A stretch of DNA of 64,000 nucleotides from Candidatus Helarchaeota archaeon (GCA_019058315.1 JAHPZH010000002.1:753625-817624), one strand, 5' to 3'; shown: positions 9,446 through 19,347, counted from the first letter of the stretch. The notes: a model not told the origin generated them from the sequence alone. Program-made: numbers and translations.

Positions 9446-10234
9446 TTGGAGAGAAAAATCATCGAATTGAAATATTATCAATCAACATTTGACCTTTTAA
9501 AGCTAAAACCTAGAATTTTAGAAAGTAATGTAGATTTATTGAAAAGACAAGAGAAAAAACTTGGAAGACACATCCCCGAATCCGTTATTGAATGGTATTC
9601 ACTTGAAGGATCTATTGATTTAATGAGAAAATATAGTAATGATGACTATCCAGAAGAAGTTCATTCTTTTAAAATTATTGAAATAGAAGAGGGAGAGGTA
9701 ATTTCAATAATGACAGAGAACCAAGCTGTTTGTGAATGGGTTTTAAAAATTGATGATAGTAAGGATCCTCCTGTATTAGTGAAAGTTGATGGATCATTAG
9801 GTCATAAAGGAAAGTGGCAGATCTATTCAAACCATTTTTCAGAATTTATTTATTCAATAGTTTTTGATCATATCAATCAATTTTATCCAACAATTACAGC
9901 TTTTAGTTGCGAAATGATGAACGAGCAAGAATATACTGATATTAAAAAAACATTTATCGAGGATTTAATTACTTATGGATGGCCTAGCGAAATTCAACTC
10001 AGATTTTATAATAAAGAAAGAAATCAATTCATTTTGGTTTGGAATAAATATGAATGTGGAAATGATTTATGCAGTGATTGGTTTTTCTGGGGAACTACTA
10101 AGGAAGATTTATTTAAATTATTAGAAATTGTTCTTCCCTATAAAAGAAATCTATTTGAGGGATTGGATGCATATAAAGAGGATGGAGAAGAAATATTGTC
10201 TAAATTTAAAAATAAATATCCCTCTGGCATTTAA
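9446..10234 (+). CDS. Hypothetical protein
   Basis: A 262-aa ORF. The track start is TTG inside a GGAG motif, so the true start is probably a few codons downstream. No motif was recognised. Confidence 0.4.
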   Translation: MERKIIELKYYQSTFDLLKLKPRILESNVDLLKRQEKKLGRHIPESVIEWYSLEGSIDLMRKYSNDDYPEEVHSFKIIEIEEGEVISIMTENQAVCEWVLKIDDSKDPPVLVKVDGSLGHKGKWQIYSNHFSEFIYSIVFDHINQFYPTITAFSCEMMNEQEYTDIKKTFIEDLITYGWPSEIQLRFYNKERNQFILVWNKYECGNDLCSDWFFWGTTKEDLFKLLEIVLPYKRNLFEGLDAYKEDGEEILSKFKNKYPSGI

Positions 10235-10436
10235 CCTAATATAATTTCTCTCTTTTACTTTTTGATTTATTTAATAAAATTATAGATTATAATTTGATAT
10301 ATCAAATATTTATAATGTCAACTAACCAAACCCTACCTTTCATAATAGGATTTGTAAAAAAAAAACAGAAGATATTTTTTTTTCTGGAGTGATAAAAAAT
10401 ACTTCTTTAACAAATTAATTTATTATTTATTTCTGT

Positions 10437-10940
10437 CTAATATCTCCTTTTACCGTAGGAACCTCTTCGGTCACCTTTATAAGGTCTTCGACCGCCGCCG
10501 CCGCCGCCAAATCTACTGCCACCACCACCACCACCATATCCTCCACCTGGACGATATTTTCGTGGTTGTTCATAAACTTTGTCGGAGAGATTATTGCTTG
10601 TGTTTACTTCTTTAAGTTCTTCATCACTGATTTCTTCGAAACTTCCATATTTACCAATGTTAAGTCTTAGAGAACCTTTAAACACTGTTGTATATACGTT
10701 TGTTAACTGATAAACATGGTCAACTTCCATTTTATCGATATCATCATTCCATAGGGTCAAATAGATACTTGCAGTTTCATCACCGACTAATGCTTCAGTT
10801 ACTCTTAAGGTTTCTCCGGTTTTTCTAGAAGTAACTTCTTTTTCTTCATTTTTCGAATTACATCTTATTTTTGTATTAATACCCCTTAAACCGGGTTTTA
10901 ATTCATCAACAATTTTAAATTCTTCTACAGTTTCACTCAT
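10437..10940 (-). CDS. OB-fold nucleic-acid-binding protein with C-terminal Gly/Arg-rich (RGG-like) tail
   Basis: The N-terminal ~110 aa resemble an SSB/RPA-type OB fold. The C-terminus is GGGYGGGGGGSRFGGGGGGRRPYKGDRRGSYGKRRY. Confidence 0.5.
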   Translation of the reverse strand: MSETVEEFKIVDELKPGLRGINTKIRCNSKNEEKEVTSRKTGETLRVTEALVGDETASIYLTLWNDDIDKMEVDHVYQLTNVYTTVFKGSLRLNIGKYGSFEEISDEELKEVNTSNNLSDKVYEQPRKYRPGGGYGGGGGGSRFGGGGGGRRPYKGDRRGSYGKRRY

Positions 10941-11247
10941 TTTTTATTCAACTTTAGAACATACTATGTGGTAATTCGTCTCGTAAACTAATTATGTCCT
11001 AATTCGTTATTTCGACAAATTATATTTTAGAAGTAGAAAAAACTATAAAAACTCATCAATTAAAAACTTTTCAAAGCTTTGTTATTTTTTCTATGAAGAT
11101 AAGTAATTTTAGATATATATAAACTTACTTAGAGGTTTGTATACTATACTTTTACCATCCTTCCAAATTCATATTTCATGGCAAGTTTGTAATAAAATCA
11201 AAGTTGAATTGAAAAAGAATACGTTTTTAAAATTATTTTTTTCAAAT

Positions 11248-11317
11248 TACTAAATATCAGACTATTTGAAAATGATTAAAATTAAAATCTGATGTCATAA
11301 ATTACTTTATAATTCTA
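11248..11317 (+). promoter_or_regulatory. Conserved ~70-nt leader element, copy B, with the mini-ORF ATG ATT AAA ATT AAA ATC TGA at 11272..11292. It ends 22 nt before the leuD ATG.
   Basis: It aligns base-for-base with copy A and is preceded by TTTTTAAAA. Confidence 0.5.
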
Positions 11318-11338
11318 GACTTTTTTGGAGCAATTAGT

Positions 11339-11839
11339 ATGAATTCTATCATTAAAGGAAGAGTTTGGAAATTTGGAGATAATATAGACACTGATATTAT
11401 TATTCCTGGCAGATATTTAACACTTAGAGATCCTAATGAGATGGCATCTCATGCATTCGAACCTATCGACCAAGAATTTGGTAAAAAAGTTAAAAAAGGA
11501 GATATAATTCTTGGAGGAAAGAACTTTGGATCTGGATCTAGTAGAGAAGAAGCTCCATTTGTTCTAAAACAATTAGGAATATCTGCCATTGTCGCGGAAT
11601 CTTTTGCTCGTATTTTTTTTAGAAATGCTATAAATTTAGGAATTCCTTTAATTGAGATTAAAGAAATTTCAAAAAAAGTCAAAGCTGGACAGGAAATTGA
11701 AATAGATCTTCCTAATGGTACCTTAAAAAACTTAGAATCCCAAGAAATTTTTAAATATGCTCCAATTCCAGATTTTCTTATGGATATTCTTCAAGCTGGA
11801 GGGGCAATAGAAGCGATTAAAAAAAGAATAAAGAAATAA
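11339..11839 (+). CDS. leuD: 3-isopropylmalate / citramalate / homoaconitate dehydratase small subunit (LeuD-like)
   Basis: It carries the aconitase swivel-domain signature VWKFGDNIDTDIIIP and GSSREEAP. Confidence 0.8.
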   Translation: MNSIIKGRVWKFGDNIDTDIIIPGRYLTLRDPNEMASHAFEPIDQEFGKKVKKGDIILGGKNFGSGSSREEAPFVLKQLGISAIVAESFARIFFRNAINLGIPLIEIKEISKKVKAGQEIEIDLPNGTLKNLESQEIFKYAPIPDFLMDILQAGGAIEAIKKRIKK

Positions 11840-11851
11840 GGAGTTAAAAAT

Positions 11852-13102
11852 TTGCCAACTATTGCTGAAAAGATTTTTACATCACACTCTGATAATGAAA
11901 AAGTAGAACCTGGTCAAATTATTAATGCTAAAGTAGATATTATTATGGTTCATGATATGCTTGGAATGCGTGTAGTTGATACTTTTGAAAAAATTGGAAT
12001 AGATAAAGTAAAGAATCCAGATCGCATAGTTGCACTTTTAGATCACTGGGTTCCTCCAAATACTATTGATTCTGCAATTATAAATAAATCTTCAAGGGAA
12101 TTCATAAAAAAACATGGCATTAAAAATTATTTAGGTATGGATAAAGGTATTTGTCATCAAATTGTCCCTGAAAACGGCTTTATATGGCCTGGTGCTTTAA
12201 TAGTAGGAACTGATAGTCATACTTGCACTTATGGAGCATTTGGAGCATTTTCTACAGGTATTGGATCAACTGATTGTGCAGTTCTATTCGCTGAAGAAAA
12301 ATTATGGTTTAAAGTGCCAGAGACCATATTATACAAAATACAAGGAAAAATTCCCAATATGGTTTTTGGAAAAGACATAATCCTCAAATTGATAACTGAT
12401 ATAGGTGTTGATGGGGCTACATATAAATCCGTAGAATTTACTGGGGATGCAATTAATGAACTTAGTATTGATGGTAGAATGACCATGTGCAACATGGGTA
12501 TAGAGATGGGTGCAAAAGCAGCTATTATTCCGCCAGACCAAAAAACTATTGATTGGTTAAAAAATCGTGTAAAACATGATTATAGTATTGTAAAATCAGA
12601 TCCTGATGCCAACTTCGAAAAAATAATTAATTTGGATATATCCAATCTAGCACCTCAAGTAGCAAAACCACATAGTCCAGGAAATGCTGTTGCTGTTAGT
12701 GAAGTTGAGGGAGTTAAAGTCGATCAATGTTTTATTGGAAGTTGTACCAATGGAAGGTTTGAAGATTTAGAAATTGCTGCGAAACTTCTGCGTGGAAAAA
12801 AAATTCATGATGATGTAAGATTAATAATAACAGCTGCATCTAAAGAAATATATACCGAAGCTTTGCATCAAGGATTGATTGAGCTTTTTATAAATGTAGG
12901 GGCAATTGTTACTCATCCTACATGTGGCGTATGCCTTGGTATTTTCGGGACTCTTGCTCCAGGAGAAGTTAGTCTTTCTTCCAGTAATCGCAATTTTATA
13001 GGTAGACAAGGCAGTCGGGAGGCAAAAATATATTTATCATCCGCAGCCACAGTGGCAGCTAGTGCTATCAAAGGCGAAATTACAGACCCAAGAACAATTT
13101 AA
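11852..13102 (+). CDS. leuC: 3-isopropylmalate / homoaconitate dehydratase large subunit (LeuC-like)
   Basis: Fe-S ligand motifs GTDSHTCTYGAFGAF, GSCTNGRFEDL and HPTCGVCLG are present. It lies 12 nt after leuD. Confidence 0.85.
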   Translation: MPTIAEKIFTSHSDNEKVEPGQIINAKVDIIMVHDMLGMRVVDTFEKIGIDKVKNPDRIVALLDHWVPPNTIDSAIINKSSREFIKKHGIKNYLGMDKGICHQIVPENGFIWPGALIVGTDSHTCTYGAFGAFSTGIGSTDCAVLFAEEKLWFKVPETILYKIQGKIPNMVFGKDIILKLITDIGVDGATYKSVEFTGDAINELSIDGRMTMCNMGIEMGAKAAIIPPDQKTIDWLKNRVKHDYSIVKSDPDANFEKIINLDISNLAPQVAKPHSPGNAVAVSEVEGVKVDQCFIGSCTNGRFEDLEIAAKLLRGKKIHDDVRLIITAASKEIYTEALHQGLIELFINVGAIVTHPTCGVCLGIFGTLAPGEVSLSSSNRNFIGRQGSREAKIYLSSAATVAASAIKGEITDPRTI

Positions 13103-13109
13103 TTTGCCT

Positions 13110-13562
13110 TTATTTTGTAAAAAGTTCAGGTTTTAAAAATATCTCTTTAAACGCAGATTTTAAAATATTTTCTAAGTTTTTTTTATCATTAAAATAAAAT
13201 AAATGCGTTTTACACCCCGCTTTACAGTCAGAATTTCCAAAATCTTTGAATAAATTTGAATTTGAATAAGCCATTATTTTAGATGAGAGTTCACATTCTT
13301 TTTTCTGATCTGTTTTAGTATAGTAAGCTTTTTCAGCTTCAACATTTGGGTTATTTAATAAATAATCAATATGCCAAAAAAGCGTCTTATTATTTGAGAA
13401 ATGACGTTTTAACCGATTTTCGATATTAGTTGAATAATTTCCAAGAGCAGAACCAACATAAATATAATAACCCGGCAAAAAAATATATTTTTTCTTTTTT
13501 CCGATATTTAAACTGATCTCTTTTCTGACATTAATTATGATGGCATAGATTCCTTTAGTCAT
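13110..13562 (-). CDS. GIY-YIG-superfamily (DUF123-like) protein
   Basis: It has an N-terminal GIYAIII...YIYVGSALG...RLKRH motif and WHIDYL. Confidence 0.45.
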   Translation of the reverse strand: MTKGIYAIIINVRKEISLNIGKKKKYIFLPGYYIYVGSALGNYSTNIENRLKRHFSNNKTLFWHIDYLLNNPNVEAEKAYYTKTDQKKECELSSKIMAYSNSNLFKDFGNSDCKAGCKTHLFYFNDKKNLENILKSAFKEIFLKPELFTK

Positions 13563-13596
13563 TTTATAAGTTTTTATAGATCTTTTTTTTAGAAGG

Positions 13597-14370
13597 TTAT
13601 GCTGAAGCTCTTTTCGGTTTTGCTCTTTTAACTTTCTTATCCTTGCCTTCTATAACTTCTTCAGCTTTAGTTACTTTTTCAATATTATTAAGGGCTTCTT
13701 TTGCGACATCTCGAACGATTCCGCTTTCATCTTTTGCCTGTGCTTTTATTTGAGGGATTGGGTCGACTGTTGGTTTTACTGGAGCTTGAGTTCTTATTTT
13801 TTCCAATGTATCTGTTGCAGCAGCTCTAATTTGTTCATTTTGGGCATTTAATAATTTTGTAAGATAAGGAATAAGAATATCATTCACTTCTGGAAATTTA
13901 ATTCCAAAATTCCCTAATTCTAGAACATATCTCCATCTATCCGGGTCTTCTTTATTCTTTAAGCTGTCCATAATTACATTTATAAATTTATTAGGAGCTT
14001 TAATCCGAATTAGCTCCAAAGTTTGTTTTATTTTTGTATATACACTTTGATTATTTAATTCCCTAATAAGGTCAGGGACGATATTTACGAAACTTTCGGG
14101 CATTTTAGCGATGATATCAGAAAAGATGTTGATTAGAATTTCATAATCTTCTTCACTTTGTCTTTTTGCGAGATCAATTATTAATGGTGCGACATTTGGA
14201 TACTTAATCCCGATTTGTGTAAACTCTGTTACACATTCAGCCCGAGTCTCCTCCTCTTTACTATTTATATAACAATCTATAAGATAAGTTAATACTTCTT
14301 CAAATTTTTCCTTTTTTAGGAGTTTTTTAATTTGTTCAATATCTAACAAATATATCTCCGTTCTGGGCAA
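13597..14370 (-). CDS. HEAT / PBS-lyase-like repeat protein
   Basis: Repeated helical pairs such as IRAAATDTLEKI and VRDVAKEALNNI, with a lysine-rich C-terminus. The start is TTG. Confidence 0.5.
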   Translation of the reverse strand: MPRTEIYLLDIEQIKKLLKKEKFEEVLTYLIDCYINSKEEETRAECVTEFTQIGIKYPNVAPLIIDLAKRQSEEDYEILINIFSDIIAKMPESFVNIVPDLIRELNNQSVYTKIKQTLELIRIKAPNKFINVIMDSLKNKEDPDRWRYVLELGNFGIKFPEVNDILIPYLTKLLNAQNEQIRAAATDTLEKIRTQAPVKPTVDPIPQIKAQAKDESGIVRDVAKEALNNIEKVTKAEEVIEGKDKKVKRAKPKRASA

Positions 14371-14635
14371 AAGATAAGGATTAATTTATTAAGTATAATA
14401 TTCTTTTAAATACTTTCTATTCCTTTATAAAGGAAATTCGACAAAAATTTGATTTATATAAATAGAGAATTTTAACAATATTTAAAAACATTATTAGAAA
14501 TTTTATTTACTTCATTTTTATTGATATTATTCATTTTATATGATATTCTAGAAAAAAATAGGAATAAATGTTATTGAGAAGAATGTAATTATAGTAAATA
14601 AGTTATTAAAATAAAGAAATTCAAGGGTTTTTAAT

Positions 14636-15658
14636 TTGAAAATCGGTGAATTAGGTGAAATAGGAATTATAAAAATATTCCAAGAGGAATTTTCTTCGCT
14701 TCCACATATTATATTGGGGCTCAAGACTCCCACGGGAATTTATGAAGATACTGGTGTAATTGATCTTAAGGATGGTAATGTATTAATTGTAACTACTGAT
14801 TTAATAGGTAAAAAGACACATATGCCTCCAGAAATGACACCTAGACAAATGGGAAGAAAATCTGTGATTGTTAATATTAGTGATTTAGCTGCCATGGGAG
14901 CGAAACCCTTAGGTTTGGTTATGAGTATAGGACTTCCAAGTGATTTAGATGCTGAAGATCTTAAAGAAATTGCAATTGGAATGAACCAAGCCGCAGAAGA
15001 GTATGAAACTTGTGTATTTGGAGGGGATACTAACATGACTGATGATGTTATATTAGCTGGGACTGCAATTGGAATTATTAAAAAGGAAGATTTATTAACT
15101 AGACATTCAGCAAAGCCAGGTGATATTGTTGCTGTAACTGGGTATTTAGGTTCTTCGGCAGCAGGATTACAGATTTTGATGCAAAACTTAGCCGTAAGTC
15201 CTGAAATTAAGAAAAAATTAACTAAATACACGTTAGAACCTAAGGCGCAATTAAAAATTGCAATGGAATTGAGTAAAATCAAAGGAATAACGGCTTCTGG
15301 AGATATTACGGACGGGTTAGCTTGGGAACTCCACAAAGTTGCAGCAGCAAGTGGTTGTGGTATAAAAATTGAAGAAATCAAACTCCCCACTCTCCAAGAA
15401 ACTAAAAAAGTCTCAAAAGAGTTTGATCTGGATCTACTGGAACTTATTATGCATATTGGAGAAGATTTCGAGTTAATATTAACAATTAACCCAAAAAAAT
15501 GGGAAAAAGTTCAAGAAATTAGTAAAAAAAATAATATTAAAATAAGTCAAATAGGTCATGTCACAGATAAAAAAAATGAAGTAACTATGTTAGATAAAAA
15601 TGGAAATCTAATTAATCTCAAAAAGAAAGGATATGATCAATTTTTAACTCGGAGTTGA
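14636..15658 (+). CDS. thiL: Thiamine-monophosphate kinase (AIR-synthase-related family)
   Basis: The N-terminus GELGEIGIIKIF, the motifs EDTGVIDL...VTTDLI and GGDTN, and the 340-aa length fit ThiL. Confidence 0.6.
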   Translation: MKIGELGEIGIIKIFQEEFSSLPHIILGLKTPTGIYEDTGVIDLKDGNVLIVTTDLIGKKTHMPPEMTPRQMGRKSVIVNISDLAAMGAKPLGLVMSIGLPSDLDAEDLKEIAIGMNQAAEEYETCVFGGDTNMTDDVILAGTAIGIIKKEDLLTRHSAKPGDIVAVTGYLGSSAAGLQILMQNLAVSPEIKKKLTKYTLEPKAQLKIAMELSKIKGITASGDITDGLAWELHKVAAASGCGIKIEEIKLPTLQETKKVSKEFDLDLLELIMHIGEDFELILTINPKKWEKVQEISKKNNIKISQIGHVTDKKNEVTMLDKNGNLINLKKKGYDQFLTRS

Positions 15659-15838
15659 TATTCCATTTCACTTCAATCAAAAAATCGAAATATTATAGCA
15701 AAATTATACGCCCAAGCATATGATGCATTTGAAGCAAAGGATTATAAGAAAGCTATTGGTTTTTGGAAAAAAGCGATTAAAAAATGTAAAAAAATTAGTG
15801 ATAATGAACTATTAGCAAAACTGCATTTAGGATTAGGA

Positions 15839-16663
15839 ATGGGATATACTCAAGATAGAGAGTTTGAAAATGCATTAATAAATTTTCAAAAAGCTCTAGA
15901 ATTATATAAAAAGACTAAAAATTCGTTAAAACAAGCCCATAGTTTGTATTTTATTGGAAAGATGTATTTAAAATTAAAAAATTATGAAATTGCAAATCAA
16001 AATTATAATGAAGCTTTAGATATTGCTCAAAATTTGAAAAATCAAGAATTAAAAGCTGATATTTTATTTGATAAAGCTTCAGTGGCGAGTTCTCAAAAGA
16101 AATTCAATAAAAGCTTGAACATTTATAGGCAAACACTTAAAATTTATAAAAAAATTGATAATACTGTCGAACAAGGAGAAACATTATTCGAAATTGGTAA
16201 GATTTTAAGAGAAATGGATGAGGAACATTATCAAGAAGCGTTAAAGAATTTTAAAAATGCATTAAAAATTATGGTGAGAGAAAGAAAGCTTAAAAACGAG
16301 ATAGATTGCAGAATTCAAATTGCAGATCTCCTTATACTTACAGATCAGCCAGAAGAGGCCTTAGATTATTATCAAAAAGCAATAAAGAAGAGCAAAGCAA
16401 GCAAAAATATATTAGGAGAGGTTGAAGCATACTTTGGCAAGGGAAAAGCTTTATTTGAACTAAAAAAATACAAAGAAGCTATTAGGCTCTTTCAATTGGC
16501 TTATGATTTTTATCAAAAAATTAAATATTTAAAGGGTGAGGTTGCTGCTCTTACGTATCTAAGTAACTCATATGAAAAATTAGGGGACGCCGAATTGACA
16601 AAAAAATTTAAAAAATTAGCCCAAGAACAATCAAAAAAATTAGAGAAAATAAATAAAAGTTAA
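15839..16663 (+). CDS. TPR-repeat protein. The coding frame is open and TPR-like back to 15659, directly after the thiL TGA.
   Basis: TPR helical pairs run throughout. The in-frame upstream sequence AQAYDAFEAKDYKKAIGFWKKAIKK is clearly TPR-like but contains no ATG, GTG or TTG. Confidence 0.65.
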   Translation: MGYTQDREFENALINFQKALELYKKTKNSLKQAHSLYFIGKMYLKLKNYEIANQNYNEALDIAQNLKNQELKADILFDKASVASSQKKFNKSLNIYRQTLKIYKKIDNTVEQGETLFEIGKILREMDEEHYQEALKNFKNALKIMVRERKLKNEIDCRIQIADLLILTDQPEEALDYYQKAIKKSKASKNILGEVEAYFGKGKALFELKKYKEAIRLFQLAYDFYQKIKYLKGEVAALTYLSNSYEKLGDAELTKKFKKLAQEQSKKLEKINKS

Positions 16664-16823
16664 TTATTTTAGAATGAAATTTGAGAAAAATTATTTATAA
16701 TAAACTAATTTTTGTATTATCGATGATTTTTTTAAGATCTAATAAAAAAAATAATTGTTAATAACTGAAAATTTTTATATTAATGAGTAGTTAAATAAAA
16801 TATTTACAAAAGAGGTAAATATC

Positions 16824-17543
16824 ATGTCACAAGACGTTGACGAAGTTATTTTGAGGACTTATCCAAAGATAATCTTTTTCTGGCCAACAGCCTTAGCAAG
16901 CGCAATTTTAGGTATGATTGGTCAACTTAGCCCAGCTTTCAACCCAGGAATATGGCAGACGCTATTTATCGATATGGGGTTTCAAATCGATTGGAGAATA
17001 ATATTAGGTCTTATATGGTTTGCTAACTTCGCGGGAAATCTGTTCGTTGTTTCCTTTGAATATAATAGCGCAAAAGTTGTAGCAATAGTTCTTGCTGTAG
17101 TAGTTGGGGTGCTAGTGGTAATATTGGTGATGGCTTATGCACCAAATGCGAGTCAAAATCTTCCGACATTTTCAATAAATGACTTTCCTCTAACCATGTC
17201 ATGGGCTTTTTATTACTCTATCGCCGGATTACTTGGAATTACTTTTGCTTTTATTTGGATTGAAAAGCGTTGGGATTATTATAAAATAACATCACAAGAC
17301 ATTGTCCACAAATCTGGTATATTCGGAGATTTAGAAAGATTCCCTGCCCCTAATATTCATATTCACAAGAGAATTTCGGATGTTTTTGAATATTTATTGT
17401 TAAAATCTGGTGAATTGACAATTATACCTGCACAACGGACTTCAGTAATTCATCTACCTAATGTGCTTAACATCAATGAAATTGAAAAAAATATACACGA
17501 AGTACTTGGGACTCTAGAGGTAGAAATGGACGATAACACCTAA
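16824..17543 (+). CDS. Membrane protein (3 TM) with a C-terminal PH-like (bPH_2 / YdbS-type) domain. It is a paralog of 34601..35323.
   Basis: Three hydrophobic helices are followed by YYKITSQDIVHKSGIFGDLERFPAPNIHIHKRISDVFEYLLLKSGELTIIPAQRT. It is about 60% identical to the other paralog. Confidence 0.5.
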   Translation: MSQDVDEVILRTYPKIIFFWPTALASAILGMIGQLSPAFNPGIWQTLFIDMGFQIDWRIILGLIWFANFAGNLFVVSFEYNSAKVVAIVLAVVVGVLVVILVMAYAPNASQNLPTFSINDFPLTMSWAFYYSIAGLLGITFAFIWIEKRWDYYKITSQDIVHKSGIFGDLERFPAPNIHIHKRISDVFEYLLLKSGELTIIPAQRTSVIHLPNVLNINEIEKNIHEVLGTLEVEMDDNT

Positions 17544-17644
17544 TTTAATCTTTGGATAGTTAAAATTTCTATTATTTTTATTTTTTTTAAACTAAAGAAG
17601 TAACTTAATTTCAAACTTCTACTAAATTATTAAAGTATTTACTA

Positions 17645-18256
17645 TCATACCTCACTAGATAATGTTTCTAGTGCTAGTTCTAACCTATCATCATTGGTTC
17701 CATCTAATTCAGTTACCTCTAGATTCCATTCTTTAATAAGTTCTTTAATTATTTGATCAATTTCTTTTTGGAATTGTTTTGTGGTATCTCTAAATCCATC
17801 ATCCTCTAATTTCTTCTTAGGTATTTTTGCATAGAATAAGAAATTATACGTTTTTGCCCAATGTTGGCTTTTTATTCGCAATATTTCTAGATCATCTTTT
17901 GAGATTTTGCCCATTTTGGAAGCTCTTAATGCATATGCATAATTATCAATAGTTGTCCTGTCTGTTACTATTACATTATATCGCTCATGTTTTTCTATTT
18001 CATCGATTATCTGTTTATTAAGAATCCAATACTGTGATAGAAAATTCGTCATTTGATTAATTGGAAAAGGGCATTCTCTAACTGATTCTTCTACAAAACC
18101 TACAAAAAGATGCTTGCTTTTTAATTTGGAACAAAGTGAAAAAGCTAAAGTGGTTTTACCAGTATCATGTGTTCCTAAAACGCCTATCTTTAGTTTTTTA
18201 TGAGCTGTTAGGTATTCTATGATTCTTTTTTGAATGGGTGCGATTTTACTGGGCAA
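17645..18256 (-). CDS. P-loop NTPase / kinase, AAA_28 (NadR-C-like) family
   Basis: It carries Walker A GVLGTHDTGKTT and a Walker B-like VIVTDRTTIDNYAY. The start is TTG. Confidence 0.55.
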   Translation of the reverse strand: MPSKIAPIQKRIIEYLTAHKKLKIGVLGTHDTGKTTLAFSLCSKLKSKHLFVGFVEESVRECPFPINQMTNFLSQYWILNKQIIDEIEKHERYNVIVTDRTTIDNYAYALRASKMGKISKDDLEILRIKSQHWAKTYNFLFYAKIPKKKLEDDGFRDTTKQFQKEIDQIIKELIKEWNLEVTELDGTNDDRLELALETLSSEV

Positions 18257-18429
18257 TTATAAATCAGACCTACTAAAGCAAGTTTTTAATTTTACTTTAT
18301 CTTATAATATTTTTTAATTAGGTCAATATAATTAAAGGGTATTTTGCCAATTAATAAAAATTAAATTAATAATATTTGATTATTTTTAGGATATAAAAAT
18401 TACAAAACCACAATATTAATGGTGATTAA

Positions 18430-19347
18430 ATGGCACAATATGAAACTCCTCAAAAAATATTTGAAATAAATGGAATAAAATTTGGGGGTAAAGTTGGTGA
18501 AACTCCAATCGTTTTGATAGGAAGTATTTTTTATAAAAATCATAACATTCTTGAAGATCCTAAAAAAGGTATTTTTGATAAAAAAAAGGCTGAATCTTTG
18601 ATTAATGCACAAGAAGAAATCTCAGATAAGACAGGTCTTCCACATGTAATTGATATCGGAGCGGAATATTCTGAAGCTATAATTAAATACATTGATTTTG
18701 TTACAAGTATTACTGATGCTACATTTTGTCCTGATGGGCCAACCCCTGAAATTAATATTCCAGCTGTGAATCATATTGGCGAGGTAGGTTTGTCAGATAG
18801 GGTGATATATAATTCAATTGATCCGCACACTAAAGAAGAAGAGCTAAATGCAATAAAAAATGCGAAAATAACATCAGCTATATTATTAACCTTTCATTCA
18901 AAGTATATTTTTCCAGCAAAAAAAGTAAAATTATTAGAAGGTGATGAAAACATTGAGGGGTTATTAGTAAAAGCTGAAAGAGCTGGAATAGATAAACCAT
19001 TAATCGATACCGCAACTTTGGATGTTCCTTCAGTTGGTATATGTGCGAGAACTATTAAATTAATAAAAGAAGAACTTGGCTTACCCGCTGGTGCAGGAGC
19101 CCATAATGCACTACATACATGGACTAGGAAAAAGGAATTCGGAGATGCTGTTAAATCAATAAGTAATGTAATTATTAATACTATACCTCAAGCTGTGGGT
19201 GCAGATTTCTTATTAATTGGTCCTATTGACCGAGCTAAGGAAATTTTCCCAACAATTGCGCTTAATGATGTAGTACTTAATTATATTGCAGCAAGAATTG
19301 ATAGAATAAAAGTTGATAGAACAGGTCCAATCTCAAAAATATTTTAA
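18430..19347 (+). CDS. MtrH-family methyltransferase (corrinoid:tetrahydromethanopterin / pterin methyltransferase-like)
   Basis: N-terminal FEINGIKFGGKVGETPIVLIGSIFY and PHVIDIGAEYSEAIIKYIDF match the MtrH signature. This family is expanded in Lokiarchaeia. Confidence 0.7.
   Translation: MAQYETPQKIFEINGIKFGGKVGETPIVLIGSIFYKNHNILEDPKKGIFDKKKAESLINAQEEISDKTGLPHVIDIGAEYSEAIIKYIDFVTSITDATFCPDGPTPEINIPAVNHIGEVGLSDRVIYNSIDPHTKEEELNAIKNAKITSAILLTFHSKYIFPAKKVKLLEGDENIEGLLVKAERAGIDKPLIDTATLDVPSVGICARTIKLIKEELGLPAGAGAHNALHTWTRKKEFGDAVKSISNVIINTIPQAVGADFLLIGPIDRAKEIFPTIALNDVVLNYIAARIDRIKVDRTGPISKIF

Noticed and set aside
9446-10234. Calling the 262-aa protein an SMI1/KNR4 (SUKH) immunity protein
   Set aside because: Only a vague resemblance. 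The characteristic motifs could not be aligned convincingly.
15656-15658. Selenocysteine recoding of the thiL TGA
   Set aside because: No SECIS-like structure could be recognised by eye, and TGA clearly terminates other genes here. It is kept only as a remote alternative within the readthrough finding.
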